From positions 1,389 to 65,388 of the forward strand of contig JBJEPK010000010.1 of NCBI GenBank assembly GCA_051881195.1: a DNA stretch of 64,000 nt, given 5' to 3'. This document shows, one piece after another, positions 31,435-39,903 of the stretch. The notes below the pieces were generated by a model, which saw only the letters and a list, made by a program, of their open reading frames with translations, did not search any database and was not told where the DNA came from. The position numbers and the translations under genes are program-made. Position 1 is the stretch's first letter, and each line of letters opens with the position of its first letter. This stretch comes from Eubacterium sp. GTDB lineage: Bacteria; Bacillota; Clostridia; Oscillospirales; Acutalibacteraceae.

Positions 31435-32499
31435 TTACTTTCTTGATTTTTCTACTGCTTCCCACAGACCGTTGAGGTAACTAACTCCCAACGCTCTGTC
31501 AAACAATCCATAACCCGGACGAGCAACCTCGCCCCAAATCATTCTGCCATGGTCGGGTCTGATGTAGCCATCAAATCCAACCTCCTGCAACGCCTTGACA
31601 ATCTCGTACATATCCAGTGAGCCGGCGCCGCTCTCGTGAGCAGTCTCGTTGAACCAACGGTCATTAATCTGTACATTGCGCAAATGAGCAAAGTAAATTC
31701 TGTCTGCGGCTGTCTTGATAATATCCACCATATCATTGTTTGGGCTTGCTCCAAGCGAGCCGGTACACAAAGTGAGTCCGTTGTACTTGCTGGGTACCAT
31801 ATCAAGCAGTTTTTTTACGGCGTCCTTGCCGGTAATAATTCGCGGCAAACCAAAGATTCCCCACGGCGGGTCATCCGGATGAATGGCCATCTTGACATCA
31901 CATTCCTCACAGGTAGGCATAATAGCCTCCAGAAAATACTTCAGGTTCTCCCAAAGGTCATTGGCGGTAACACCCTTGTACTTTTGGAACAATTCCTTAA
32001 TCTCGCCCATACGCTCAGTTTCCCAACCGGGCATAGCATAACCATTGGAATTATCATCAATCTCGCGGAACATATCCTCCGGCGACTTACCCTCCACTTG
32101 CTTGCCGTCGTAGCACAGACAGGTTGAGCCGTCCGGCAAAGGCATATATAAGTCAGTTCTGGTCCAGTCGAAAACAGGCATAAAGTTGTAGCATATTACC
32201 TTGACGCCAACCTTGGACAGATTGCGAATGGACTCCTTATAATTTTCGATATAACGGTCTCTTGTCGGCAGACCAATCTTTATATCCTCGTGTACATTAA
32301 CGCTCTCAATACATTCCATTGTTAGGCCGGCAGCAGTAATCTCGTCATACATAGACTGAACTCTGTCCATAGTCCAGGTCTCACCGGCAGGCAAATCGTG
32401 AAGGGCAGGTACTACACCCACTACTCCGGGAATCTGCTTGATTTGTTCCAGTGTGACAGTATCCTTTTCTGTGCCAAACCACCTAAAAGTCATTTGCAT
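31435..32499 (-). CDS. uxuA: Mannonate dehydratase
   Basis: MTFRWFG, CYNFMPVFDWTR, HPDDPP and RPDHGR motifs. Confidence 0.96.
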   Translation of the reverse strand: MQMTFRWFGTEKDTVTLEQIKQIPGVVGVVPALHDLPAGETWTMDRVQSMYDEITAAGLTMECIESVNVHEDIKIGLPTRDRYIENYKESIRNLSKVGVKVICYNFMPVFDWTRTDLYMPLPDGSTCLCYDGKQVEGKSPEDMFREIDDNSNGYAMPGWETERMGEIKELFQKYKGVTANDLWENLKYFLEAIMPTCEECDVKMAIHPDDPPWGIFGLPRIITGKDAVKKLLDMVPSKYNGLTLCTGSLGASPNNDMVDIIKTAADRIYFAHLRNVQINDRWFNETAHESGAGSLDMYEIVKALQEVGFDGYIRPDHGRMIWGEVARPGYGLFDRALGVSYLNGLWEAVEKSRK

Positions 32500-32586
32500 A
32501 GGCTAATCCTCCTTAACAATACAATTTTAACACAGAATAAATACACAATCAATATAAAATATCAATAATATAATTCCAATATTAAA

Positions 32587-33765
32587 CTATTTTAGTCTAT
32601 ATTCCCTGCCTATATTCTGCAAGCTTTGGATAGTGCCGACAGCACGCGCGCTATCAGCTCCCAGTTCAATATCTATATCCTGACTGATAATCTCACAATC
32701 GCCGTAATCTCTGTCCAGTTGTCTATTGATTTCCTGTTGAACTAATGCTGTCAATTCCTTGTCTGTAAGTACCCTGGTAGTCATAGTATATGGCCGTACA
32801 GTTTTAGTAACAATACCGATTGGCAGTCGCTTACCATCAATATCAATATAAACGGAATCATAAGTATCCTCACTGTTGATACGATATGAGGAGCCGATAT
32901 ACAATGGAATGTTAAGACCAAAAAAGCAAAGCGTCCTGTATCTCTTGGTATCGTCATATCTGCGAACACTTTGTTGACGATTGACCACCAGCAAAAAATC
33001 ATCCTTAACCTGAGCAATATACTCCCCTCTGGCATGGGCAAAAACATTGCGCTTTGTGTCCTCGCTCTCATAAACTCCTGACACAAGCAAGTCGCCCTGA
33101 ACCACGCTATCGCCGACATTTGCCACTTTAAACCCGTCATATACGATAGCTTTTACTATAATTCCGTCCTTAACTGCCTTGAGGTTAGTTACAACATTGG
33201 TATCTACAACTGATGGAGAATCTACGGTTTCATTTATTTCCACTCGTGCCGTAGTACCATCCCGGTTGATATGCACCCATGCACACTTATCAAAGGATGC
33301 CATCATCAAATTTTCAAGTTGAGGTCTGTCTGCGCTCCGCCAATAAGTACCCACTCCAAAATCATTATCCTGCAAAAATGAAATAATCTGCGTCTCGGTA
33401 ATATCCTGATTACCTACTACTTCAACATTCCACACAAAGCCCGAAAAGTAACTGACTATCCAAACAAAGAGGAAACCACCCACCAGCAACCCCGGTCGAT
33501 TGAGCAAGCGCAGAATATAAAATACCGGTCCATGCTTACTGACAACGGATACCACGCCGCCATTCTGTCGTGCTATGCGATGGAGTCGCATATAAGCTGT
33601 GGGACTGCACTGACCTGTCAGAACTGTCTTGTCCTGTCTCTTAATGTCACGAACAGCCACACCACTCTCATAACAGGAATTAATGAATCCCTCGATATAT
33701 CCCTTGCTAAAATTGAATACCACATAACCACACAGCCACCTAAACAGTCTAACCATAATTATCAA
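32587..33765 (-). CDS. yqfD: Sporulation protein YqfD (SpoIV-like)
   Basis: GYV..E.FIN, FVWNVEVVGN and A.KDGII..GD.V..GDLLVSG motifs; follows a yqfC-like gene; start may be at 33756 instead. Confidence 0.85.
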   Translation of the reverse strand: MIIMVRLFRWLCGYVVFNFSKGYIEGFINSCYESGVAVRDIKRQDKTVLTGQCSPTAYMRLHRIARQNGGVVSVVSKHGPVFYILRLLNRPGLLVGGFLFVWIVSYFSGFVWNVEVVGNQDITETQIISFLQDNDFGVGTYWRSADRPQLENLMMASFDKCAWVHINRDGTTARVEINETVDSPSVVDTNVVTNLKAVKDGIIVKAIVYDGFKVANVGDSVVQGDLLVSGVYESEDTKRNVFAHARGEYIAQVKDDFLLVVNRQQSVRRYDDTKRYRTLCFFGLNIPLYIGSSYRINSEDTYDSVYIDIDGKRLPIGIVTKTVRPYTMTTRVLTDKELTALVQQEINRQLDRDYGDCEIISQDIDIELGADSARAVGTIQSLQNIGREYRLK

Positions 33766-34024
33766 ACTCCATAGACATTATATTACCTTGCACTATTGCC
33801 CCCTGACGGGAAAAAGAATTGATACACAGGTCAGCACCGATAAATGTGATATAATAACTACCCATATTGAACTTGACACGCTGATTAGTATATTCTACTA
33901 CGCTCTTAAGCCCGTCCACCACACACTCACTGTTACCTATCACCTGAATGTGGGGAGTCAGTGCGTAGGACACCATGTTAGAAGCTGAGCCTCCATTCTT
34001 TTTTTGTCTCAAAAAAATCACCAA
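33749..34024 (-). CDS. YabP/YqfC family sporulation protein
   Basis: PHIQVIGN.ECVVDG..SVVEY..G.DL.I motif pattern; upstream of yqfD; start uncertain. Confidence 0.75.
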   Translation of the reverse strand: MVIFLRQKKNGGSASNMVSYALTPHIQVIGNSECVVDGLKSVVEYTNQRVKFNMGSYYITFIGADLCINSFSRQGAIVQGNIMSMEFDNYG

Positions 34025-34048
34025 TAATGTATATGATAATAAAACAAC

Positions 34049-34963
34049 TTATATCCACCCTTTACGCTTAAAATAAAGCAGCAATGTAACCACCACTATT
34101 ACTACTACACCCACTGCTAACAAATAACCGTATTTCCACCTAAGCTCAGGCATTGACACAAAATTCATACCATACCATCCGGCTACGAAGGATAACGGCG
34201 AAAAAAACACTGTAAACAATGTTAATATCTTCATTATGTTGTTTTGTCTAATCTCCAGGGATGACTGATATGCCTCACGCAGATGCACCACACTATCCGA
34301 CAAAACGCGAACATTATCCCTGAGTCTACCCACCCTGCGTATTAATAAATCAACCAATGTACATTCATCCAATAGATTCTCTTTTATTGCTTCCAGTATA
34401 TCCTCCAAACTGTTGTAATAGCTATGAATATGGAGCAGCTGCTTTTTTGATTGAAGAAGAATGGAGTTAAAATTCCGGCTGTCCTGATTCTGCAGCACCG
34501 TCTGCTCCAGGGAATCAATGTGCTCCTCCATATCCTGCATAAAATCGCTGTCTCCACCTATTATGGTATCAAAAACAGAATAGCACAGACGCTGCAAGTC
34601 CATATCCGACGCATCAAATCTGTGTAATGCAGAGAGAAATCCGTCACGCACAGAGCAATCCTCATCAAAAAGCTCAACTATCAGCACCAAACTTTTTGTG
34701 ATATAAAATCCGATACGGTCACTGTCTGAGGACACAACGGATGGATTGACTATATTGAGCACGCCATAGACGCAATCCCCAACAGACTCCACCGAGGAAT
34801 AAGCGTTATCGCCGGCACACATAATTCCCCATCCTCTGGGATAGTGCAAAATCTCTGTCAACGAACACAAATTGGATAACGAAATATATCCCGCCGTTAG
34901 ATTGCTGGTGCTGATATTCGCAGCGTCAATAGTAATAAGGTCATCATTAAACTCGTAAAACAT
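34049..34963 (-). CDS. CorA-family divalent cation transporter
   Basis: NNIMKILT, GWYGMNF and MPELRWKYGY motifs. Confidence 0.92.
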   Translation of the reverse strand: MFYEFNDDLITIDAANISTSNLTAGYISLSNLCSLTEILHYPRGWGIMCAGDNAYSSVESVGDCVYGVLNIVNPSVVSSDSDRIGFYITKSLVLIVELFDEDCSVRDGFLSALHRFDASDMDLQRLCYSVFDTIIGGDSDFMQDMEEHIDSLEQTVLQNQDSRNFNSILLQSKKQLLHIHSYYNSLEDILEAIKENLLDECTLVDLLIRRVGRLRDNVRVLSDSVVHLREAYQSSLEIRQNNIMKILTLFTVFFSPLSFVAGWYGMNFVSMPELRWKYGYLLAVGVVVIVVVTLLLYFKRKGWI

Positions 34964-35031
34964 AGTACTATTATTTGCCTTATCAGTTAATTATTGCAAA
35001 AATACACAGTAGATGATAAAATAATTACGGG

Positions 35032-36075
35032 GTGAAGAGTATGATATTCTTTTTGGTAATAATCATAGCGATAATTTTTTATGGTATGCAGGTGAAAGGA
35101 AAAGACCAATTCTATACCGATTACTGCTCAAAAAAGCAGACCGCAACCATAAATGCAATTTTTTCCTTATTAATATTTCTTAGTCACTCGGCCCAGTACA
35201 CCACTCTCGGTGGCCCACTGGATGAGCCATATCTGGCATTCAGAAAATATATAGGCCAAATCGTGGTAGCATCATTCCTGCTGTACTCCGGATACGGCAT
35301 AATGGAGAGCATAAACAAAAAAGGCTATTCCTATGCAATAGATATACCAAAAAAGCGATTATTTAGACTATGGTATCACTATGCAATAGTAGTGGCTATG
35401 TTCATAATAGTTGACCTTATATTTAAGAGGCATTATGAGCTTAAGGATATGATACTGGCATTCACAGCATACACATCTGTGGGCAACAGCAACTGGTACC
35501 TATTCATCACCTTTGCTATGTACATCATTATTTTCGTATCCTTCTTTATGTTTAGGAAGAACAAATACATTGCAGTGGGAGCAGTTATACTGCTCACAGG
35601 CGTATTTGCTGCAGTGGAATACAAGGCAGGTATGGGCGCCAGATATTACAACACCATATTCTGCTTCCCTGCCGGTATGGTATTCTCCCTGCTCAAGCCA
35701 TATATTGACAAAATTGTAATGAAAAACGATACTGTATGGAGCTGTGGATTTGCCGTACTGTTCGCCGGATTCTACATAGTATCACGGCACAGAGGCTCAT
35801 CCTTTGTGTTCAACATCTTTGCAATCCTGGCTGTGGCAATGATTATGATGATAAATATGAAGGTAAAAATTGAAAACCCAATTCTTGACTTCTTTGGAAA
35901 TCACATATTCAGCTTCTTTATACTGCAAAGAATACCTATGATAATTCTGTCGGAATTAGGTTTAGGCAAGCACAAATACGTGTTTATTATCGCCAGCTTT
36001 ATTGCCACTGTGTGCATTGCACCGATTTTTGACAACCTTATGGCAAGGCTTGACAGCAAGATATACAAAGCATAA
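35032..36075 (+). CDS. Acyltransferase family 3 (OafA-like) membrane protein
   Basis: FLSH, FLLYSGYG and NWYL motifs; about 10 TM helices. Confidence 0.8.
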   Translation: MKSMIFFLVIIIAIIFYGMQVKGKDQFYTDYCSKKQTATINAIFSLLIFLSHSAQYTTLGGPLDEPYLAFRKYIGQIVVASFLLYSGYGIMESINKKGYSYAIDIPKKRLFRLWYHYAIVVAMFIIVDLIFKRHYELKDMILAFTAYTSVGNSNWYLFITFAMYIIIFVSFFMFRKNKYIAVGAVILLTGVFAAVEYKAGMGARYYNTIFCFPAGMVFSLLKPYIDKIVMKNDTVWSCGFAVLFAGFYIVSRHRGSSFVFNIFAILAVAMIMMINMKVKIENPILDFFGNHIFSFFILQRIPMIILSELGLGKHKYVFIIASFIATVCIAPIFDNLMARLDSKIYKA

Positions 36076-36082
36076 TGATAAC

Positions 36083-36121
36083 AAAGAAGGATATGACGAG
36101 AAATTCGTCATATCCTTCTTT
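36083..36121 (+). terminator. Terminator of the acyltransferase gene
   Basis: 17-bp perfect inverted repeat AAAGAAGGATATGACGA/TCGTCATATCCTTCTTT. Confidence 0.8.
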
Positions 36122-36124
36122 ATT

Positions 36125-36230
36125 TTAAGAAAGAAAAGCCGAGTATAACACTCGGCTTTTCCCCTCTGTCTTTAACAAACTATAGGAGGACAGATTATCT
36201 CGCCTCGGTTGCGGCTCCGAGGCGAGCGTT
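36125..36230 (-). ncRNA. Predicted ~105-nt small RNA with three hairpins and an anti-SD segment
   Basis: Own promoter at 36236-36263; GC hairpin 36199-36226; hairpin 36165-36194 with CUCCU in the loop; terminator 36133-36161 plus U-rich tail; no ORF. Confidence 0.7.
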
Positions 36231-36235
36231 CTTTA

Positions 36236-36263
36236 ATTATAGCAGAGTTAGACAAAATGTCAA
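36236..36263 (-). promoter_or_regulatory. sigmaA-type promoter of the predicted sRNA
   Basis: Perfect TTGACA-N16-TATAAT with extended -10 TG. Confidence 0.8.
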
Positions 36264-36376
36264 GCGTTTAGTTAACATTTTATGTAAAAATTCACAAATT
36301 GTTATAAGTATTATGTCATTTTTTGTCAAATGTCGATTTTCGTCGATAAGTTTTTGGGACTTTTTTCAAAATATTA

Positions 36377-36405
36377 TTGACAACGAACATTTGTTCGACT
36401 AATAT
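36377..36405 (+). promoter_or_regulatory. SOS promoter with a LexA box between -35 and -10
   Basis: TTGACA (36377-82), CGAACatttGTTCG (36384-97, perfect Firmicute LexA/DinR consensus), TAATAT (36400-05); 17-bp spacer. Confidence 0.88.
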
Positions 36406-36471
36406 GATAAGCAGATTGACAAAACCACTCACTGTCGGTCGAATAATGTAATACGAAAGGAAGGGCAGCAG

Positions 36472-36687
36472 ATGACAATTACAGAATTGGCGAATGAATA
36501 CAGGCAGCAGTACAATGTTCTCAACACCAAGATGGACGCACTTAGACCCCTGCTATGTGTGTACACCGGTCAGGACCTGTACCTGTTGCGAAAAAGAATG
36601 AAAATCTACTACGATATGGCTTGTGAATGCAAAAGAACAGCATCACTGCTCGATGGATATTATGAGGAGGATGGTTACTGTGGTTGA
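36472..36687 (+). CDS. Hypothetical 71-aa helical protein, probably SOS-induced
   Basis: AAAGGAAGG RBS; first ORF after the LexA-controlled promoter; its stop overlaps the next gene's start. Confidence 0.8.
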   Translation: MTITELANEYRQQYNVLNTKMDALRPLLCVYTGQDLYLLRKRMKIYYDMACECKRTASLLDGYYEEDGYCG

Positions 36688-37003
36688 TTTTGTTGATGAT
36701 TACTACTACGATATTGGCGTCGTAGGGTGTGAAGAAGAGGATCGTGCCAGAGCCAAGCGCAAGGCATTTGAGTATGTTGTACCACTGATTATACAGAACG
36801 AACTGACGCAACAGCAAAGTATCTGCCTGCGATATAAGTACATAAACGGCAAAAGCCAAAACGAAATCGCAGATATACTAAAGCTGTCACAGCCAACAGT
36901 ATCCCGACATATTAATGCAGCAAAGGATGTACTCAATAATAGTCTAAAATATTGCTACATTGCTCTATCAAAAGGTATCGACGAATACCAAAGAGAGCAG
37001 TAA
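36680..37003 (+). CDS. Stand-alone sigma-70 region-4-like HTH protein
   Basis: ELTQQQSICLRYKYINGKSQNEIADILKLSQPTVSRHINAAK; GTG at 36680 lies 9 nt after GAGGAGG; no sigma region 2 visible. Confidence 0.82.
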   Translation: MVDFVDDYYYDIGVVGCEEEDRARAKRKAFEYVVPLIIQNELTQQQSICLRYKYINGKSQNEIADILKLSQPTVSRHINAAKDVLNNSLKYCYIALSKGIDEYQREQ

Positions 37004-37109
37004 TATGTCATCAGGCCAAGGGCATAGCTATTTATAGGCATAGCCACTATGTCCATACAGCCTGTTATTTTCACTACTATTTTATGAACAAACCGGATAA
37101 TAGTGATTG

Positions 37110-37134
37110 AGAGGCAGCGCTGCTGCCTCTTTTT
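37110..37134 (+). terminator. Terminator of the SOS operon
   Basis: AGAGGCAGC/GCTGCCTCT stem followed by TTTT. Confidence 0.78.
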
Positions 37135-37196
37135 ATATTGTAATAGCCGGCATATTATGGTATAATATCTAACTGATAATATAAGGAGTGATATTT

Positions 37197-37583
37197 ATGC
37201 TACAAATCAATGGGGATATGGTAGGTGCGGCACACACCACTGTGGACAGTACGAATACAGCAATCGCTGTTGGCAGTGGGTCACTGCCGGTATTCGGCAC
37301 ACCCGGTATGATAGCACTGATGGAGGAGGCTACCTGCAAGGCTATCGCCCCTGCTCTTGAGGACGGAGAGACAACTGTCGGTACAAAAATTGATGTGGCT
37401 CACATCAAGGCAAGTGGTATCGGAACACCTATCACAGCAACAGCCACTCTTATCGATATTGACCGTCGCAAGCTTACCTTTAGCGTAATTGCTAACGAGG
37501 ACAACGGCGCAGAGATTGGCAAAGGCATTATCGAAAGATTTGTTGTAGAGGCTGAAAAATTTATGAGCAGAATTGGAGCATAA
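37197..37583 (+). CDS. FlK-like hotdog-fold thioesterase
   Basis: GSG.LPVFGTPGMIALMEEA and TVGT..DVAH motifs. Confidence 0.88.
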   Translation: MLQINGDMVGAAHTTVDSTNTAIAVGSGSLPVFGTPGMIALMEEATCKAIAPALEDGETTVGTKIDVAHIKASGIGTPITATATLIDIDRRKLTFSVIANEDNGAEIGKGIIERFVVEAEKFMSRIGA

Positions 37584-37585
37584 TT

Positions 37586-38761
37586 ATGTATGATGCAGTA
37601 ATATTTGACTTTGACGGCACAATATGTGATACCGGCGAGGGCATTAAAAAAAGTGCAAAATATGCTCTGGACGCCTATGGAATAGAATCGGAGGAATGGC
37701 AGGAGCTAAACTGCTTTATCGGTCCGCCGTTGCTGGTAACCTTTCAGGAAAAATATGGGCAAAGCGTAACCCGGGCAGAAGAACTGGTAAAGAAATTTCG
37801 TGAGAGATACACCAACATAGGCGTGTATGAGAGCCGGCTATACGACGGTATTGAGGATATGCTCAAGGCCCTAAAGTCCCATGGCATCATGCTGGGTATC
37901 GCCTCCTCAAAACCGCAAAAATATGTGGAAGAATTGCTAAACAAGTTTGGCATATTCCATCTATTCGACAGTGTTTGTGCTGTGAGCTTTAATGCAGATT
38001 GCGAATCCAAGCAAAGCATTATTCGCAGATGTCTGGATAAATTGAATATACAAAGCAACCGGGCCATTATGGTGGGTGACAGATTCTATGATATAGATGG
38101 GGCTAGAGCCAATATGATGGACGGCGTCGGTGCTCTGTGGGGATACGGCAACAAATTTGAATTTATTGAATGCAGTGCAAAATACATTGCCGAAAAGGTC
38201 GGCGACATTGAGGCTATCGCCCTGGGTCTGTACGAAAAGACCGAAAATGTGCAAAAAATCTTTGACGGAAAAATACTAAAAATTCACCGGGACGATATTA
38301 CACTATGCGATGGTACGCAGGGCTACAGAGAATGTGTTGACCATCCGGGCGGAGTAGGTGTTATCGGTATCACTGACGACGACAAGGTACTGCTGGTAAG
38401 ACAATTTCGCTACCCGTACAAGGAATTGGTGTACGAAATTCCCGCAGGCAAGCTGGACGCCGGTGAAGAGCCGCTGCAAGCGGGAATCAGAGAGTTTAAA
38501 GAAGAATGCGGCGCCACTGCCGACAGGTATATTCCCCTTGGCGAGATATACCCCACTCCCGGCTATACCAACGAAATCATACGAATTTTTGCCGCCACAG
38601 GACTGCACTTTGGCGAGCAGGATTTGGACAATGGCGAACTGCTGAATGTAATCAAGATTAAATTCGACACTCTGTACGAAAAAGTAATAAGCGGCGAAAT
38701 CAAGGATGCAAAAACAATCATCGCCACACTAAAAATGAAGGAATTGAGAAACAAAAAATAA
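37586..38761 (+). CDS. HAD phosphatase-NUDIX (ADP-ribose pyrophosphatase-like) fusion protein
   Basis: FDFDGT and MVGDR..D HAD motifs; RQFRYP and a Nudix box GKLDAGEEPLQAGIREFKEECG. Confidence 0.85.
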   Translation: MYDAVIFDFDGTICDTGEGIKKSAKYALDAYGIESEEWQELNCFIGPPLLVTFQEKYGQSVTRAEELVKKFRERYTNIGVYESRLYDGIEDMLKALKSHGIMLGIASSKPQKYVEELLNKFGIFHLFDSVCAVSFNADCESKQSIIRRCLDKLNIQSNRAIMVGDRFYDIDGARANMMDGVGALWGYGNKFEFIECSAKYIAEKVGDIEAIALGLYEKTENVQKIFDGKILKIHRDDITLCDGTQGYRECVDHPGGVGVIGITDDDKVLLVRQFRYPYKELVYEIPAGKLDAGEEPLQAGIREFKEECGATADRYIPLGEIYPTPGYTNEIIRIFAATGLHFGEQDLDNGELLNVIKIKFDTLYEKVISGEIKDAKTIIATLKMKELRNKK

Positions 38762-39891
38762 TGACATATTTGGACAATAGTGCTACTACCCAACCGGAAA
38801 AGGCAGTAGCCGACAAGGTTTACGAGATGCTGACACACTGCTACGGCAATCCCTCCAGCTTTCACAAAATAGGGCTGAATGCAAATACGGAGGTGCGTAC
38901 TGCCAGACAAAAAATAGCCGACGCGCTGTCCTGCCAGCCTGACGAGATAGTGTTTACATCCGGCGGAACAGAGGCCAACAACCTGGCAATATTCGGTGCA
39001 GTTGAGGCCAACCGTCGCAAGGGAAAGCGTATTGTTACCACGGCAATTGAACACGAAAGTGTACTGGAATCGATAAACGAACTGGAAAAACAGGGATACG
39101 AGGTAATTAGGCTGAAGCCCGACAGCTACGGCAACATCAGCGAAGAGCAAATAGCAACGGCTATCAACAGCGACACCATCCTGGTTACCGTAATGTATAT
39201 CAATAATGAGGTAGGCTCCATATTGCCCGTCAAGGCAATAAAAAAAGCCGTGACCCGTACCAAAGCACCGGCGCTAATTCATGTGGACTGTGTGCAGGCA
39301 TTCGGCAAGGTTGAGGTAAAACCTGCAAAGCTGGGCGCCGATATGGTTACAATCACAGCTCACAAAATTCACGGGCCTAAGGGAGTGGGAGCGCTGTACA
39401 TCAAAAAAGGCACTCGCATTATTCCTCGCCAGTACGGTGGCCAGCAGGAAAAAAAGATAAGGCCGGGTACGGAGGCGTCACCACTTATCGCCGGATTCGG
39501 TATAGCAGTGGATATGATACCTAACCTCAAGACACAAAACGAGAAAACAGCAAAGCTGAGAGACTACGCTATAGAAAAACTGTTGAATATCGACGGAATA
39601 AAAATTAACAGTGGCAGTGATGCCAGTCCATATATCATCAGTCTGTATGTGCCCACCTTTATGACAAGTCAGACAGTTGTGCAGCACCTGTCATCGGAAT
39701 ACGGCGTTTATGTCAGCAACGGCTCTGCTTGTGCTAAGGGCAAACGCAGTCATGTACTGACAGCAATGAGCCTGCCGGACGATGTTATAGAAAAGTCAAT
39801 TAGAGTCAGCTTTTCTCGTAACACAACAAAAGAGGACGTTGACCGCCTGGTTAACGCCCTGGAAGAAACAGTAAAAAAATACCCAATATAA
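38761..39891 (+). CDS. Cysteine desulfurase (IscS/NifS family)
   Basis: YLDNSATT, FTSGGTEANN, HKIHGPKG and NGSAC motifs; adjacent to thiI. Confidence 0.93.
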   Translation: MTYLDNSATTQPEKAVADKVYEMLTHCYGNPSSFHKIGLNANTEVRTARQKIADALSCQPDEIVFTSGGTEANNLAIFGAVEANRRKGKRIVTTAIEHESVLESINELEKQGYEVIRLKPDSYGNISEEQIATAINSDTILVTVMYINNEVGSILPVKAIKKAVTRTKAPALIHVDCVQAFGKVEVKPAKLGADMVTITAHKIHGPKGVGALYIKKGTRIIPRQYGGQQEKKIRPGTEASPLIAGFGIAVDMIPNLKTQNEKTAKLRDYAIEKLLNIDGIKINSGSDASPYIISLYVPTFMTSQTVVQHLSSEYGVYVSNGSACAKGKRSHVLTAMSLPDDVIEKSIRVSFSRNTTKEDVDRLVNALEETVKKYPI

Positions 39892-39903
39892 CAGGAATAC
39901 ATT

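Noticed and set aside
36181-36200. Strong plus-strand AGGAGG suggesting a hidden small peptide
   Set aside because: No ATG or GTG at a suitable distance, and it lies downstream of two terminators; better explained as the anti-SD of a minus-strand sRNA.
36623-36679. Longer 126-aa start for the HTH gene
   Set aside because: It overlaps the upstream ORF and has no RBS; GTG at 36680 has a well-spaced GAGGAGG.
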